Part shown: positions 9,893 to 18,932 of the stretch, in pieces | How the letters are laid out: every line of letters begins with the position of its first letter | How positions within the stretch are numbered: the first letter of the stretch is position 1 | Origin: Nitrospinaceae bacterium | GTDB lineage: Bacteria > Nitrospinota > Nitrospinia > Nitrospinales > Nitrospinaceae | Assembly (NCBI GenBank): GCA_965223665.1 | Contig: OZ245011.1 | Location: 544,001-608,000, forward strand | Reading direction: 5' to 3' | Length of the DNA stretch: 64,000 nucleotides | Notes under the pieces: generated by a model | Seen by the model: only the letters and a program-made list of their open reading frames with translations | What the model was told of the DNA's origin: nothing | Database searches by the model: none | Position numbers and translations under genes: made by a program

Positions 9893-10043
9893 CTATGAGT
9901 ATATCTTCGATTCCATCACTTCGGTTTCACGCAACTTTACAATAATTTCTTCGATACTACACCGTTTCCGTCCCACAATCTTTTCCACTTGTCCCCTTGT
10001 TTTTTTGATTTGGTTTAATATCTGGACTAATTTCAACCGGTCA
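9893..10043 (-). pseudogene. IS3-family remnant: left end plus truncated orfA
   Basis: Minus strand 9976..9893 reads VGRKRCSIEEIIVKLRETEVMESKIYS*, resembling IS3-family OrfA N-termini; TGA-initiated IR-like TGACCGGTTGAAATTAGTCCAG upstream. Confidence 0.65.
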
Positions 10044-10346
10044 GGTAACTTTTATTCTATTCCGATAGGAATTTCTACCACAGAAAGGCTAGAATTTGAT
10101 CACCGCTATCGAATCCCTACCGTTATCAATAACAGGATTTGGTCATACCCATACCCTTTCTTAAATTAAATAGCAAAAACGAGGCAAACACCCGTATTTC
10201 ATACCTTTTGATTGATTCTAATTGAAATCCGTGTTCCTTTGGATTAGAATCTCGTTCTGGAATTCCTAAAAACAATTTAAATTTTTGGCAGTCAATTTGG
10301 TAATTCAATTGACTTTTTTTTCACAAATTTTTTTCAAAAATTTAAT

Positions 10347-12206
10347 GTGAACATAAAAAATCTCGTTTTTCGAATTTTTTGGCCGGAATTAAAAAGGGTC
10401 GAAAGATTGAAATGCCTAAAAATTTGGAATACAGCTAATCAGCAAGTTGAAGCTCTTTTTGAATTGGAAAAATCCATTGCTGAAAGATTATTCCTTAAAT
10501 TAACCGTTTTTTTAGAAACCACTTCATTTGATTGGGAAAGGGAAAACACCACCTGCGATATAACAGAATTTTCTCAATTCATTTCAAGACTGAAGAAAGA
10601 AGTGGAAGTTATTAGAAAAAAATTTACGGCAGAAACAAAAAACCCAAAACTTTCTGATCAAAAGCACATTTTACAAATTCACTCTATTTTTGAAACCTTA
10701 GAAGAAGTTTTTGCTTCAATCCAGACTTTAGAAATTTCTTTAAACCACACCCAGGAAATTTCCAAAAATTATTCTACTTCCCTAGATATTCCTTCTCTTA
10801 AAAAGGAAATTAAACAATCTTTATCCGAAACTTTAACTAGAGTGGAGCAAGTATTGAACTGGATACACCCATCAGAGTTTTATTTTAATATTTTTTCAGT
10901 ATTGTATTATCCTCTATTTTATAAATGGTTAGTGGCAATATATTTCTCCTTAAATCCAAAAGGTGCTCTAGGAACGGAAGAAAAAAGATTCTTACTTCAA
11001 TGGGAATTTCTTAAGCTTTACAATATTATTTCAAATACTTTAGCTAATTCCCCAAACAAAAAAAATCTCCAAATTGATTCAATAATAGATTTTTACCAAT
11101 CGTTTGAAAGTTTGCAAAAGTTGGCGGGAAATTCTTTAGCAAAATTTTGCCTACAGATTGTTGATTACAAAGAGGGTTCCAATGAGAATGAAAAATACAT
11201 ATCCAAAATAATAGCAGCGGGATTAAAGCAAGGGGGAAAAATGACTATACACCCTAGCTTCATCTATACTATCTCCCCATATTTGCCTCAAGAACGCAAA
11301 CAAAAAATAATCGAAAAAGTTTTTTATTTGGTAAATGAAAAGATTCAAAAAATTATTCAAAAACAATGGATAAATTATCTTAGAACGTTAAAACCTGTTG
11401 TGAATCATTATTCGAGCAATCAACTGCGTTTGCGGAAAGTAATAAAAAGCTATTTGAAAATCAAAACCCATTTATTAACCGTTAATGGCACAGACTTTTC
11501 GAAATCTAGTCAATCACAAAAAATTATTCAGGAAAAATTGGCGCATGAAGATTCTACCGTTTTTGCGACAAACTTGGATAGGCGCAGAGAAATTTTGTTT
11601 TGGAAACGGGGAGGCTTGGCAACTGTAAGAACTCATATCCCTTGGGAGTATTTTCAATTTGACCCGAAGCAGATTGGAAAGGTCCATCGATATTTAGGAT
11701 TTTTAAAACGAACTCTTGGAACACAATGGGATAAAAAACTTTGCCAGTCCAATTTTGATAACATTAATTTTAGTAATTTCCAGCAAATTATTGATGAAAT
11801 AGTTGAAGAGTGGATGTTCCTTTTTCAAAAGGAAAGTGAATCTATTTTTCAATCTCTAGCCAAAACATTAGAAAAAATTGCTCATGAAAATTCAAAAGAA
11901 TTTAAATCATTCTGTACAGATTTTCTTTTAGATATATTTTCATCAATTGATGAAATGGAAAATGGTCATTCCCTTCCTATCAAACAACAATTTCAAGAAT
12001 TATTTAAACAACATGGATTGCAACTAATTTCCCCAGTGGTGGGAGATTTTGTTGATTTCGAACAACACGCTATCGTTTCTAACGAAACAAAAGATTTAGT
12101 TGAGGGGGATCTCATAGTTTCAAAAGTAATTTGCCATGGGCTAATTAATACTATGGACAACCGAGTATTTAAAAAATCTGAGATTGTGGTCAGGAGGCAA
12201 TTGTGA
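10347..12206 (+). CDS. Large helical protein with a C-terminal GrpE-like domain
   Basis: C-terminus FQELFKQHGLQLISPVVGDFVDFEQHAIV...VSKVICHG...RVFKKSEIVV matches the GrpE head pattern. Confidence 0.72.
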   Translation: MNIKNLVFRIFWPELKRVERLKCLKIWNTANQQVEALFELEKSIAERLFLKLTVFLETTSFDWERENTTCDITEFSQFISRLKKEVEVIRKKFTAETKNPKLSDQKHILQIHSIFETLEEVFASIQTLEISLNHTQEISKNYSTSLDIPSLKKEIKQSLSETLTRVEQVLNWIHPSEFYFNIFSVLYYPLFYKWLVAIYFSLNPKGALGTEEKRFLLQWEFLKLYNIISNTLANSPNKKNLQIDSIIDFYQSFESLQKLAGNSLAKFCLQIVDYKEGSNENEKYISKIIAAGLKQGGKMTIHPSFIYTISPYLPQERKQKIIEKVFYLVNEKIQKIIQKQWINYLRTLKPVVNHYSSNQLRLRKVIKSYLKIKTHLLTVNGTDFSKSSQSQKIIQEKLAHEDSTVFATNLDRRREILFWKRGGLATVRTHIPWEYFQFDPKQIGKVHRYLGFLKRTLGTQWDKKLCQSNFDNINFSNFQQIIDEIVEEWMFLFQKESESIFQSLAKTLEKIAHENSKEFKSFCTDFLLDIFSSIDEMENGHSLPIKQQFQELFKQHGLQLISPVVGDFVDFEQHAIVSNETKDLVEGDLIVSKVICHGLINTMDNRVFKKSEIVVRRQL

Positions 12207-13933
12207 GTTTACTCAGGTTAGGTCTAGACTTAGGAACCACAAACATCACTGCCGTTATCTGGTCTGAAAAAACAAATAGCTTTGAACCGGTGATCATGCC
12301 TGAATTGTGTGACGGCAAAGGGGTTATTTCAGCAGTTTCATTCAAAAAAGGAGATAAATATTTTTTCGGTTCTAAAGCAGAATCTTTAATTCAAGCAGAG
12401 GGTCACCGACACAACTCAGATATATCTTTTGAATTCAAAAAATCCTTTGGAGAAAATATTTCACCAGAGGAGAGAGAAGAAAAAAAAAGAATTACAAAAA
12501 ATTTGATCCTAAAAATCTTAAGCGAGGTTATGAAAGAACGCAATGAAGATCAACTTGATCTGGTCATTGGCCACCCGTGCGCTCCCTTGTCAGAAAACCT
12601 AAAAAGTGTTTACCAGGAAATTTTTGGTTCACTTATGAATAATGTAGATGTAGGAGAAGAAAAAGCTAATGAATTAATTCTTAATAAATACAAGGAATCG
12701 GTTGTTATTGTTCAAGTCAAATATATGTGGGAGCCTATCGCGGCCTGTGTTGCCATGAGTCCACAAATCAACTGGGAGGAAAATTGGAAAAAAGGAGATT
12801 GCTTGTTGGTAATTGATGGAGGAGGGGGAACTCTTGACATGACTCTGCTGCAAATAGTGGAAGGGGATAATGCGCAAGAAAGTAAAACTCAGGAAGGACC
12901 ATTGTTTGTTGCTCTTAAACGTATTCACTCGGATGGAAGCAGTGAATTAGGCGGAGGGCGTATTGATGAAGTGTTGATCAATAAATTCGACAAACACCTT
13001 ATTGATCATACCCAGATTGCTCCCCAGGATAATGATTTTTTTTGTTTTGCGAGGAACCGTTTTGTTAAAAAATTAAAAGAAATTTTTTGTTCGTATGAGG
13101 GCAATAAAGACTTAAAAGAAAAGATTGAGAAAATTCAACCCATCGCAAAAAATCATTTTTTCCAAGCAATTTCTAAAGACTTTCCTCTGGAAGGCCTCGA
13201 AACGGCAATTAATTTATTTAAAGAAGAATTTCATAGTGACGAGGACATTGCTTTTGGTGAGGGAATCATTGAGTTTAAAGAAACACTCAAAAAGTTTTTT
13301 AGAGAATTTTTTGATAAAGCGTGCAACAAAATTTCAAGCGACAATCTAGAGATCAAAAAAATTTTATTTTGTGGTGGTGCTACAAAGGTCCGCTTTATTC
13401 GGCAATTGGCTATAGATCAATTTAAGCCGATTATAGAAAATACCCAGTCAATTCCCCAAGAGGAACAACCCTTTCTAGTTGGAGAAGGATGTGCTTTTAG
13501 ATGTTATATCAATGCGCATCGATCTATGGTTGGGTTAGAGAAGTATAGTGACATTCGGGCGGCCTGGGGCATATTTTCTGAAGATATTGGACTACAAGTG
13601 GGACAGGAATGCGTACCTATTTTTTTGGCGGGAGATGGCATTGAAAGTGGATTGCATTTACAAAAATCTGTCTTTTTCCCCTGTGCCGGCGACGAAATTG
13701 ATCCAAAGTTTTGCATGAACAAAAATGGAAAACTCATATTGTTGGATTCGAAGCAACTTAAATGTTCTGGCCCCCTTCAATGGGAAGGACCGGAAGATAT
13801 TATCTCTGTAACCTTAACCGCTTATGAAGCGGAAGAAAAATTAGAGTATGAAATTTTCACCCTTGATAACAATATGAAACGTTCACAAGAACTGATTAAA
13901 GGAACCTTTGAAAATTTAAAATTTTATGAATAG
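12203..13933 (+). CDS. Divergent Hsp70-family ATPase
   Basis: GLDLGTT, WEPIAA, VIDGGGGTLD, LGGGRID, LFCGGATK motifs; GTGA overlap with the upstream gene. Confidence 0.88.
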   Translation: MSLLRLGLDLGTTNITAVIWSEKTNSFEPVIMPELCDGKGVISAVSFKKGDKYFFGSKAESLIQAEGHRHNSDISFEFKKSFGENISPEEREEKKRITKNLILKILSEVMKERNEDQLDLVIGHPCAPLSENLKSVYQEIFGSLMNNVDVGEEKANELILNKYKESVVIVQVKYMWEPIAACVAMSPQINWEENWKKGDCLLVIDGGGGTLDMTLLQIVEGDNAQESKTQEGPLFVALKRIHSDGSSELGGGRIDEVLINKFDKHLIDHTQIAPQDNDFFCFARNRFVKKLKEIFCSYEGNKDLKEKIEKIQPIAKNHFFQAISKDFPLEGLETAINLFKEEFHSDEDIAFGEGIIEFKETLKKFFREFFDKACNKISSDNLEIKKILFCGGATKVRFIRQLAIDQFKPIIENTQSIPQEEQPFLVGEGCAFRCYINAHRSMVGLEKYSDIRAAWGIFSEDIGLQVGQECVPIFLAGDGIESGLHLQKSVFFPCAGDEIDPKFCMNKNGKLILLDSKQLKCSGPLQWEGPEDIISVTLTAYEAEEKLEYEIFTLDNNMKRSQELIKGTFENLKFYE

Positions 13934-16900
13934 AAAATTCAAAAAATTTAAAAGTTTTATTTTTTTAACGATGGTTTTATGGTTGGTTGCCAATTTTTTG
14001 ATGCCCAACGTTGCTCTGCCTGAAAACCCTCAATCAAATGACCAGCATCATATTATTTTAATGATGGATAAAACCCATTATATGAATAAGGGATTTAAGG
14101 AAGATTTCTCGGATGAAATTTCGCAACGTCTTCAAATCATTTTTTCAAAAGATTTACCAAATATACTAACCAGTAGTCATAATAACAGGGTTCTCTATAA
14201 TAAAGAGAAAGACTATCTTAGCATTTTTCCATTCGGTTTAACTAAGTGGAAACCCAATCTGGAAAATAATTATTTTTATGATAAATGTGGAAATCGTCGT
14301 AGGCCTACTTTAAATAATTTCCAAAAAAATCCGACAAAATCATGCACCGATCTTTTAAGCTTTAAGAATGTTAATCCAAATGAAATATTGCCAAAATACT
14401 TGCAAGCATTCCAAAACCAAAATAAGAAAAATAAAACTTCAAAAAATCCCTTTTCAAGAGAAAGTGCCGAACTACCATTCGCACCCTATCTGGGACTTTA
14501 TAAATCATTTATCGATTCCTCAAAAAAATATGAATTTGAAAAAGTCAAAATTTTAATATTAACTCATGGTGATTCACATTTTGAAGAAGTAAATTCGGAC
14601 TTTAGCAACCTTTCCTTAATACAAAAATCAGAAAAATTAAGTAGCAAGAAAAAAAAACAATTTTTAAAAAATTCTAATTTCGATTTTCTCAAGAAAATCT
14701 ATAAAGGCATTGCTAAAACTCTTGACGTAACAAAGGTGGATTTTACCCAATCCTCCCTTACAGAAAAGGGTTTTCAACTATGGATGTATGAGGTTACCCC
14801 AAAACCTATCAAATCAAGTGATTTAATAATATCGCAATTAAAAGACAATCAAACGGCCCTGGAATTGCCAGAAGATGATAACTGGGAATTGTCACTCAAT
14901 GTAGAGGTAAAAAATAAAGATTTTGATGAAAGTGAAACTTTTCCCCTAACCTTTCACAAGGTGGAAGCCGATGTTCAAATACCAGGGAGCGATACATTGG
15001 ATTCTTTGCATGTAAAATCTAAAACCATTAAATTAAGATTTTCGAATGCGCCTCCTGGGTCTACCCTCTATTTAACTTATTGGTTTAAATCCAATTTTTA
15101 TCCATTTTTTCTGATTGAGAGTGAAAGGAAAGAAATTGCTTTGACCACTCCTTCCTTATTTGAAAAAATATCCCGAAATTGGAAGAGTTTGACGTTCTGG
15201 GGAATTTTGGCTACTTGCTTCTTTTTTATATTACTAAGGCAAATCCTAGGAGATATTAAGTATAAGCTGAATATACATTTAGTGAAAAAAATTCCTGAAA
15301 TCTATGCATTTGAATCTTTACAGACCTCTGAATCAGAGAATTTCCTAACTATAGGAAAGTTAAAGTTGGAACGGAAGGGCCTTATGATGAGTTTAGCTCC
15401 GGCTAAAATTATCTGCAAGGAATTATCTATAAAATCCACTATGATCCAGCAAAAACGAGTGGGTTTGAATTCTTATCCTTGTTCCGCTGTCAAACTTTAT
15501 TGGAGCGGCGGCCATCCTTTCAAAATTATAAAGGGTAAATTGCCAGCGGAAAGTTTTGATCTTCGTCTTGACTATAAAGAACTTCAAAAATTAAAAAATA
15601 CCCAAAATGGGGATTCAAACCCATTCTTCCCGCAAAATATTAGTATTAGTTTTTCCGTGTCTTTTGAGGCAAAGCGGAGATTTTGGTTTTCCCGCGAACC
15701 TCAAAAAACCCTGGAACAAGCTTCTTTTCCAATTCGATTATTACCTCCTGTAACTGGCAAATCTCTGGAAACAATTAATTTAATTGAAAAAACTCAATTT
15801 CAAAAAGGTCTTCTACCTATCGGAATTTTGACCATCCGCCCTGAGGATATGGGCCACTTGTTTCCGAACAATCAAATTTTTGCGTTTCGGTTATCTAACG
15901 GAAACAAGTCCATACCCATATTTTTTAAGTTAAATTTTAATACTTCCAAAGTCTCATCAGATCTCAGCGCCTTAAAAGAGGGTGCGGAACCTAATACACT
16001 GGAAGGAAATTTAAATATTGAAACTGCTTTCAATGAAGCTGAAACCAATAAAGAAATCCTAAAAACTGTTCTAAAAGTCTTTCAAAAACAAGAAACTTTT
16101 AAAGAAATAGAAAATAATATAAACAAAGGAAAAGAAACTGGTATTTTAAATCCTGAAGTTGTGTTTAACCAAGGAGCCTATTTAGAAACTAGAGATTTTG
16201 GGAAGCTCATGCACTGCCGTTTTCTAACAAAAAAAACTCTGCCCATTTTACTTTATACCGATCTTTCCGAAATAAGAAATCCAGCCGATCAGATGGGATT
16301 GACATTACAAAAAAAATCAGCAAATGCTTTAAAATCCTACGGGCAAGCCAAAGGGTGGATTGATTTGGACGAAAAATTAGTTATTACTCGAAATGATGAG
16401 GTAACCGAATTCGTATGGGATTTCGAGGACATGGAAAAAAATAAAGTTTTTAAATTTTCCTCCAATGACACGGATCCTTCAATATTTTCTGAATCTACAA
16501 AAATGGAAGTAATCTATCACGCTAGGAATTGGGAAAACCTGGGGAATTTGCCCATTGGGATTCTCCAATTGGGTGATAAAGCAGTTCATGGTACAGGCTT
16601 TGTCGAAATATCTAATATGAATGTGAAAATAGAATCTGAAGATATTCAATGGAAGGCCTCAATAGATAAAAATGATTCCATATTATTTGAAGGTTCTTCC
16701 AACCAGTCGGATCCGCTCAACCTTTGGAGCTTTGAGCAAAAATATCAAAATTGCAAAATTAGTTCTGAATCGATTCGATGGGAAGAATATAAATTGATCA
16801 TTGATCGACCGGCAAAATATATTGAAAATATCACCAAGCCCGATGGAGTTCTCACATTAAAATTTAATTTTAATGTGAGAACCGTGGAGGAAGAAAATAA

Positions 16901-18932
16901 GATTGATGAATCCAAGGAGATTACTATTAATTGGGATTTGATCATTACTTTAGGCCCACCAAAAACCACCTTTTTATGCATTGACATTGGAACATCGGCA
17001 ATCGCTTCGGTACTACTGGACACGACAGACCAGGCAACGAGTCCCCCAAAAGTTTTGCCTTTACATGATTTTCTTGATGAAGATAGAAGAAAAGAGCAAA
17101 GCCCTAATTTAATATCTTCAACTATAATGTTAAGCAATCAAATCGAAAAGGAGTCCGAGGAAGGGTATTTCCAATTATCGCCCCCTCCTTATGTGGAGCA
17201 ATCCAGTGCAAAGTATTTAGTACCTTATTTTAAAAAATTGGCGGGCTACCACAGTTTGCCTTCATCTATTTTCAATGAAGATTTTTACTGGTTCGATAAT
17301 CATGATAATAAAATAAAAGGTGCGCCAACAATTGAATCCATTTTTCTACGCCTGTTTAAAACCTTAATAGATGATTATTTTATTTCATATTTTAATGAAA
17401 ACAAAATGCTTTCGGTGATCCGGAAAGTTCTTATTACTATTCCCAATAATTTTTCAAGTTATCACCGAACCATCATTCGGAAAGGGTTTCTGGACGCATT
17501 AGGAGAGCGGTATAAACCCATTTTTCTAAGAAATCCGGAAATTGACATTGAATTTATCAGTGAATCTGATGCGGTGGTGTTCTACCACGGTTACAATAAT
17601 AAAACCAACATTCAAAAAAATTCCGAGAGGGGCAATGCTACTGAGCATGTAATTTGTTATGACATTGGAGCGGGAACATTAGATATCAGCTATGTTAAAG
17701 TGAATTATGCTCCTCAAACAGAACACCTGAGAAATGTAGAAATTTTAGGGAAAATGACCAGCGGTCAAGCAGGAAATTACATTGATTATTTAATTTGTGA
17801 TTGGATTTTAAAAAAATTAGGGCAGCCAAACATTTTATCCGAACAATTAGAGGGATCTTCTCTTAAATCTGCTGTAGAATTTCGCAACAGTGTTGAAGAA
17901 GAAATCAAAAAGGGTTACTCCACAAAGGACAGCGATACTAATCTTATCACTAATGATTGCAAAGCAAAAATTACTGAGTTTATTGAGGAAAAATTTAAGG
18001 GACATTCTCCAATTCCTCCAGAAAAAATTGAAGGCCTTAAATTAAGTCGAGAACAATTTGAAGAAGATATATTAGATTCTTTTATAGATGAAAATGGTTC
18101 CAAGCTTTTTGATTTCTTAATTGAATTGATCAATTTTGAACAAACTGCGGAAAGTGACCGAAAAATAATTGTCGACAGCCTTATTTTTTCTGGAAGAACT
18201 TCAAAGCTAAAATACCTCAGGGAAAAAGTAGAAGAGAAAGTCAGGAGCATTCGGCAGACAACCGGAGAATTAAAATCATTCCATATAGGAGGAGAGTCTA
18301 AAGTTGAAAACCTTGCCAATCTAAACGGAGGAGACCCCTCCAAACTGGCAGTTGCTCTGGGAGCAGCTTCTTACGCGAGAAATAAACTTGACCGGATAGA
18401 AAATTCTATCATAGAAGCTAAATCCCTAATGCAAGTGGGATTGATTGTTGATTGGACGCAAAACCCACACAAACCCCTTAAAGATTATATTCCTATTGTA
18501 GATTATTTGGATGTTAAGGAAAAAATAATCCATAGAGAAATTTCTGTCGTGGTAACTTATAAGAATGACGTCATAGATAATTGCACTATTAAAGATGAAA
18601 ATGGAAAATGCCTTGCAGAAAATGATGGCCCAATTATTGAGTTAATTCTTTGTCAAAACTTTTTGCCTGAAAGTGTTTTCCAAAATATCAAAAACTATTC
18701 TCAAGAATTAATTCATAATCTGTACACTCCGATTTATATATTTAGCCAAAATGAATTCAAAAGAAATCCTACTACTCCCGATAAAATTTGTATTAGCATT
18801 GATCTTGAGAAGTTTGACACCAAAATTACTCATAATGAAACGCCTACAATCCTTAAGGGAATTACGATGGATAATTTGAAAGGGGATGAGGGGTTCCATA
18901 AATCTGGTTGGCCATATTCAAAATGCAAATAA
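13926..18932 (+). CDS. Membrane-spanning protein: signal peptide, degenerate vWA-like domain, TM helix, C-terminal Hsp70/actin-fold ATPase
   Basis: Signal peptide; IILMMDKT..M and ILILTHG (vWA-like); TM FWGILATCFFFILL; CIDIGTS, ITIPNNF, ISESDA, YDIGAGTLD, AGNYID, FSGRTSK, AVALGA. Confidence 0.8.
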   Translation: MNRKFKKFKSFIFLTMVLWLVANFLMPNVALPENPQSNDQHHIILMMDKTHYMNKGFKEDFSDEISQRLQIIFSKDLPNILTSSHNNRVLYNKEKDYLSIFPFGLTKWKPNLENNYFYDKCGNRRRPTLNNFQKNPTKSCTDLLSFKNVNPNEILPKYLQAFQNQNKKNKTSKNPFSRESAELPFAPYLGLYKSFIDSSKKYEFEKVKILILTHGDSHFEEVNSDFSNLSLIQKSEKLSSKKKKQFLKNSNFDFLKKIYKGIAKTLDVTKVDFTQSSLTEKGFQLWMYEVTPKPIKSSDLIISQLKDNQTALELPEDDNWELSLNVEVKNKDFDESETFPLTFHKVEADVQIPGSDTLDSLHVKSKTIKLRFSNAPPGSTLYLTYWFKSNFYPFFLIESERKEIALTTPSLFEKISRNWKSLTFWGILATCFFFILLRQILGDIKYKLNIHLVKKIPEIYAFESLQTSESENFLTIGKLKLERKGLMMSLAPAKIICKELSIKSTMIQQKRVGLNSYPCSAVKLYWSGGHPFKIIKGKLPAESFDLRLDYKELQKLKNTQNGDSNPFFPQNISISFSVSFEAKRRFWFSREPQKTLEQASFPIRLLPPVTGKSLETINLIEKTQFQKGLLPIGILTIRPEDMGHLFPNNQIFAFRLSNGNKSIPIFFKLNFNTSKVSSDLSALKEGAEPNTLEGNLNIETAFNEAETNKEILKTVLKVFQKQETFKEIENNINKGKETGILNPEVVFNQGAYLETRDFGKLMHCRFLTKKTLPILLYTDLSEIRNPADQMGLTLQKKSANALKSYGQAKGWIDLDEKLVITRNDEVTEFVWDFEDMEKNKVFKFSSNDTDPSIFSESTKMEVIYHARNWENLGNLPIGILQLGDKAVHGTGFVEISNMNVKIESEDIQWKASIDKNDSILFEGSSNQSDPLNLWSFEQKYQNCKISSESIRWEEYKLIIDRPAKYIENITKPDGVLTLKFNFNVRTVEEENKIDESKEITINWDLIITLGPPKTTFLCIDIGTSAIASVLLDTTDQATSPPKVLPLHDFLDEDRRKEQSPNLISSTIMLSNQIEKESEEGYFQLSPPPYVEQSSAKYLVPYFKKLAGYHSLPSSIFNEDFYWFDNHDNKIKGAPTIESIFLRLFKTLIDDYFISYFNENKMLSVIRKVLITIPNNFSSYHRTIIRKGFLDALGERYKPIFLRNPEIDIEFISESDAVVFYHGYNNKTNIQKNSERGNATEHVICYDIGAGTLDISYVKVNYAPQTEHLRNVEILGKMTSGQAGNYIDYLICDWILKKLGQPNILSEQLEGSSLKSAVEFRNSVEEEIKKGYSTKDSDTNLITNDCKAKITEFIEEKFKGHSPIPPEKIEGLKLSREQFEEDILDSFIDENGSKLFDFLIELINFEQTAESDRKIIVDSLIFSGRTSKLKYLREKVEEKVRSIRQTTGELKSFHIGGESKVENLANLNGGDPSKLAVALGAASYARNKLDRIENSIIEAKSLMQVGLIVDWTQNPHKPLKDYIPIVDYLDVKEKIIHREISVVVTYKNDVIDNCTIKDENGKCLAENDGPIIELILCQNFLPESVFQNIKNYSQELIHNLYTPIYIFSQNEFKRNPTTPDKICISIDLEKFDTKITHNETPTILKGITMDNLKGDEGFHKSGWPYSKCK

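Noticed and set aside
10126-10308. 60-aa minus-strand ORF
   Set aside because: No recognisable motif; it lies in the probable promoter region of the operon
12203-13933. Calling this gene dnaK, hscA or mreB
   Set aside because: The ATPase motifs are present but the sequence is highly divergent and lacks a recognisable DnaK substrate-binding domain; family-level call only
16745-18343. Antisense ORFs (16745..17137, 17915..18343) and similar short shadow ORFs throughout the window
   Set aside because: They are fully nested opposite well-supported genes and have no motifs
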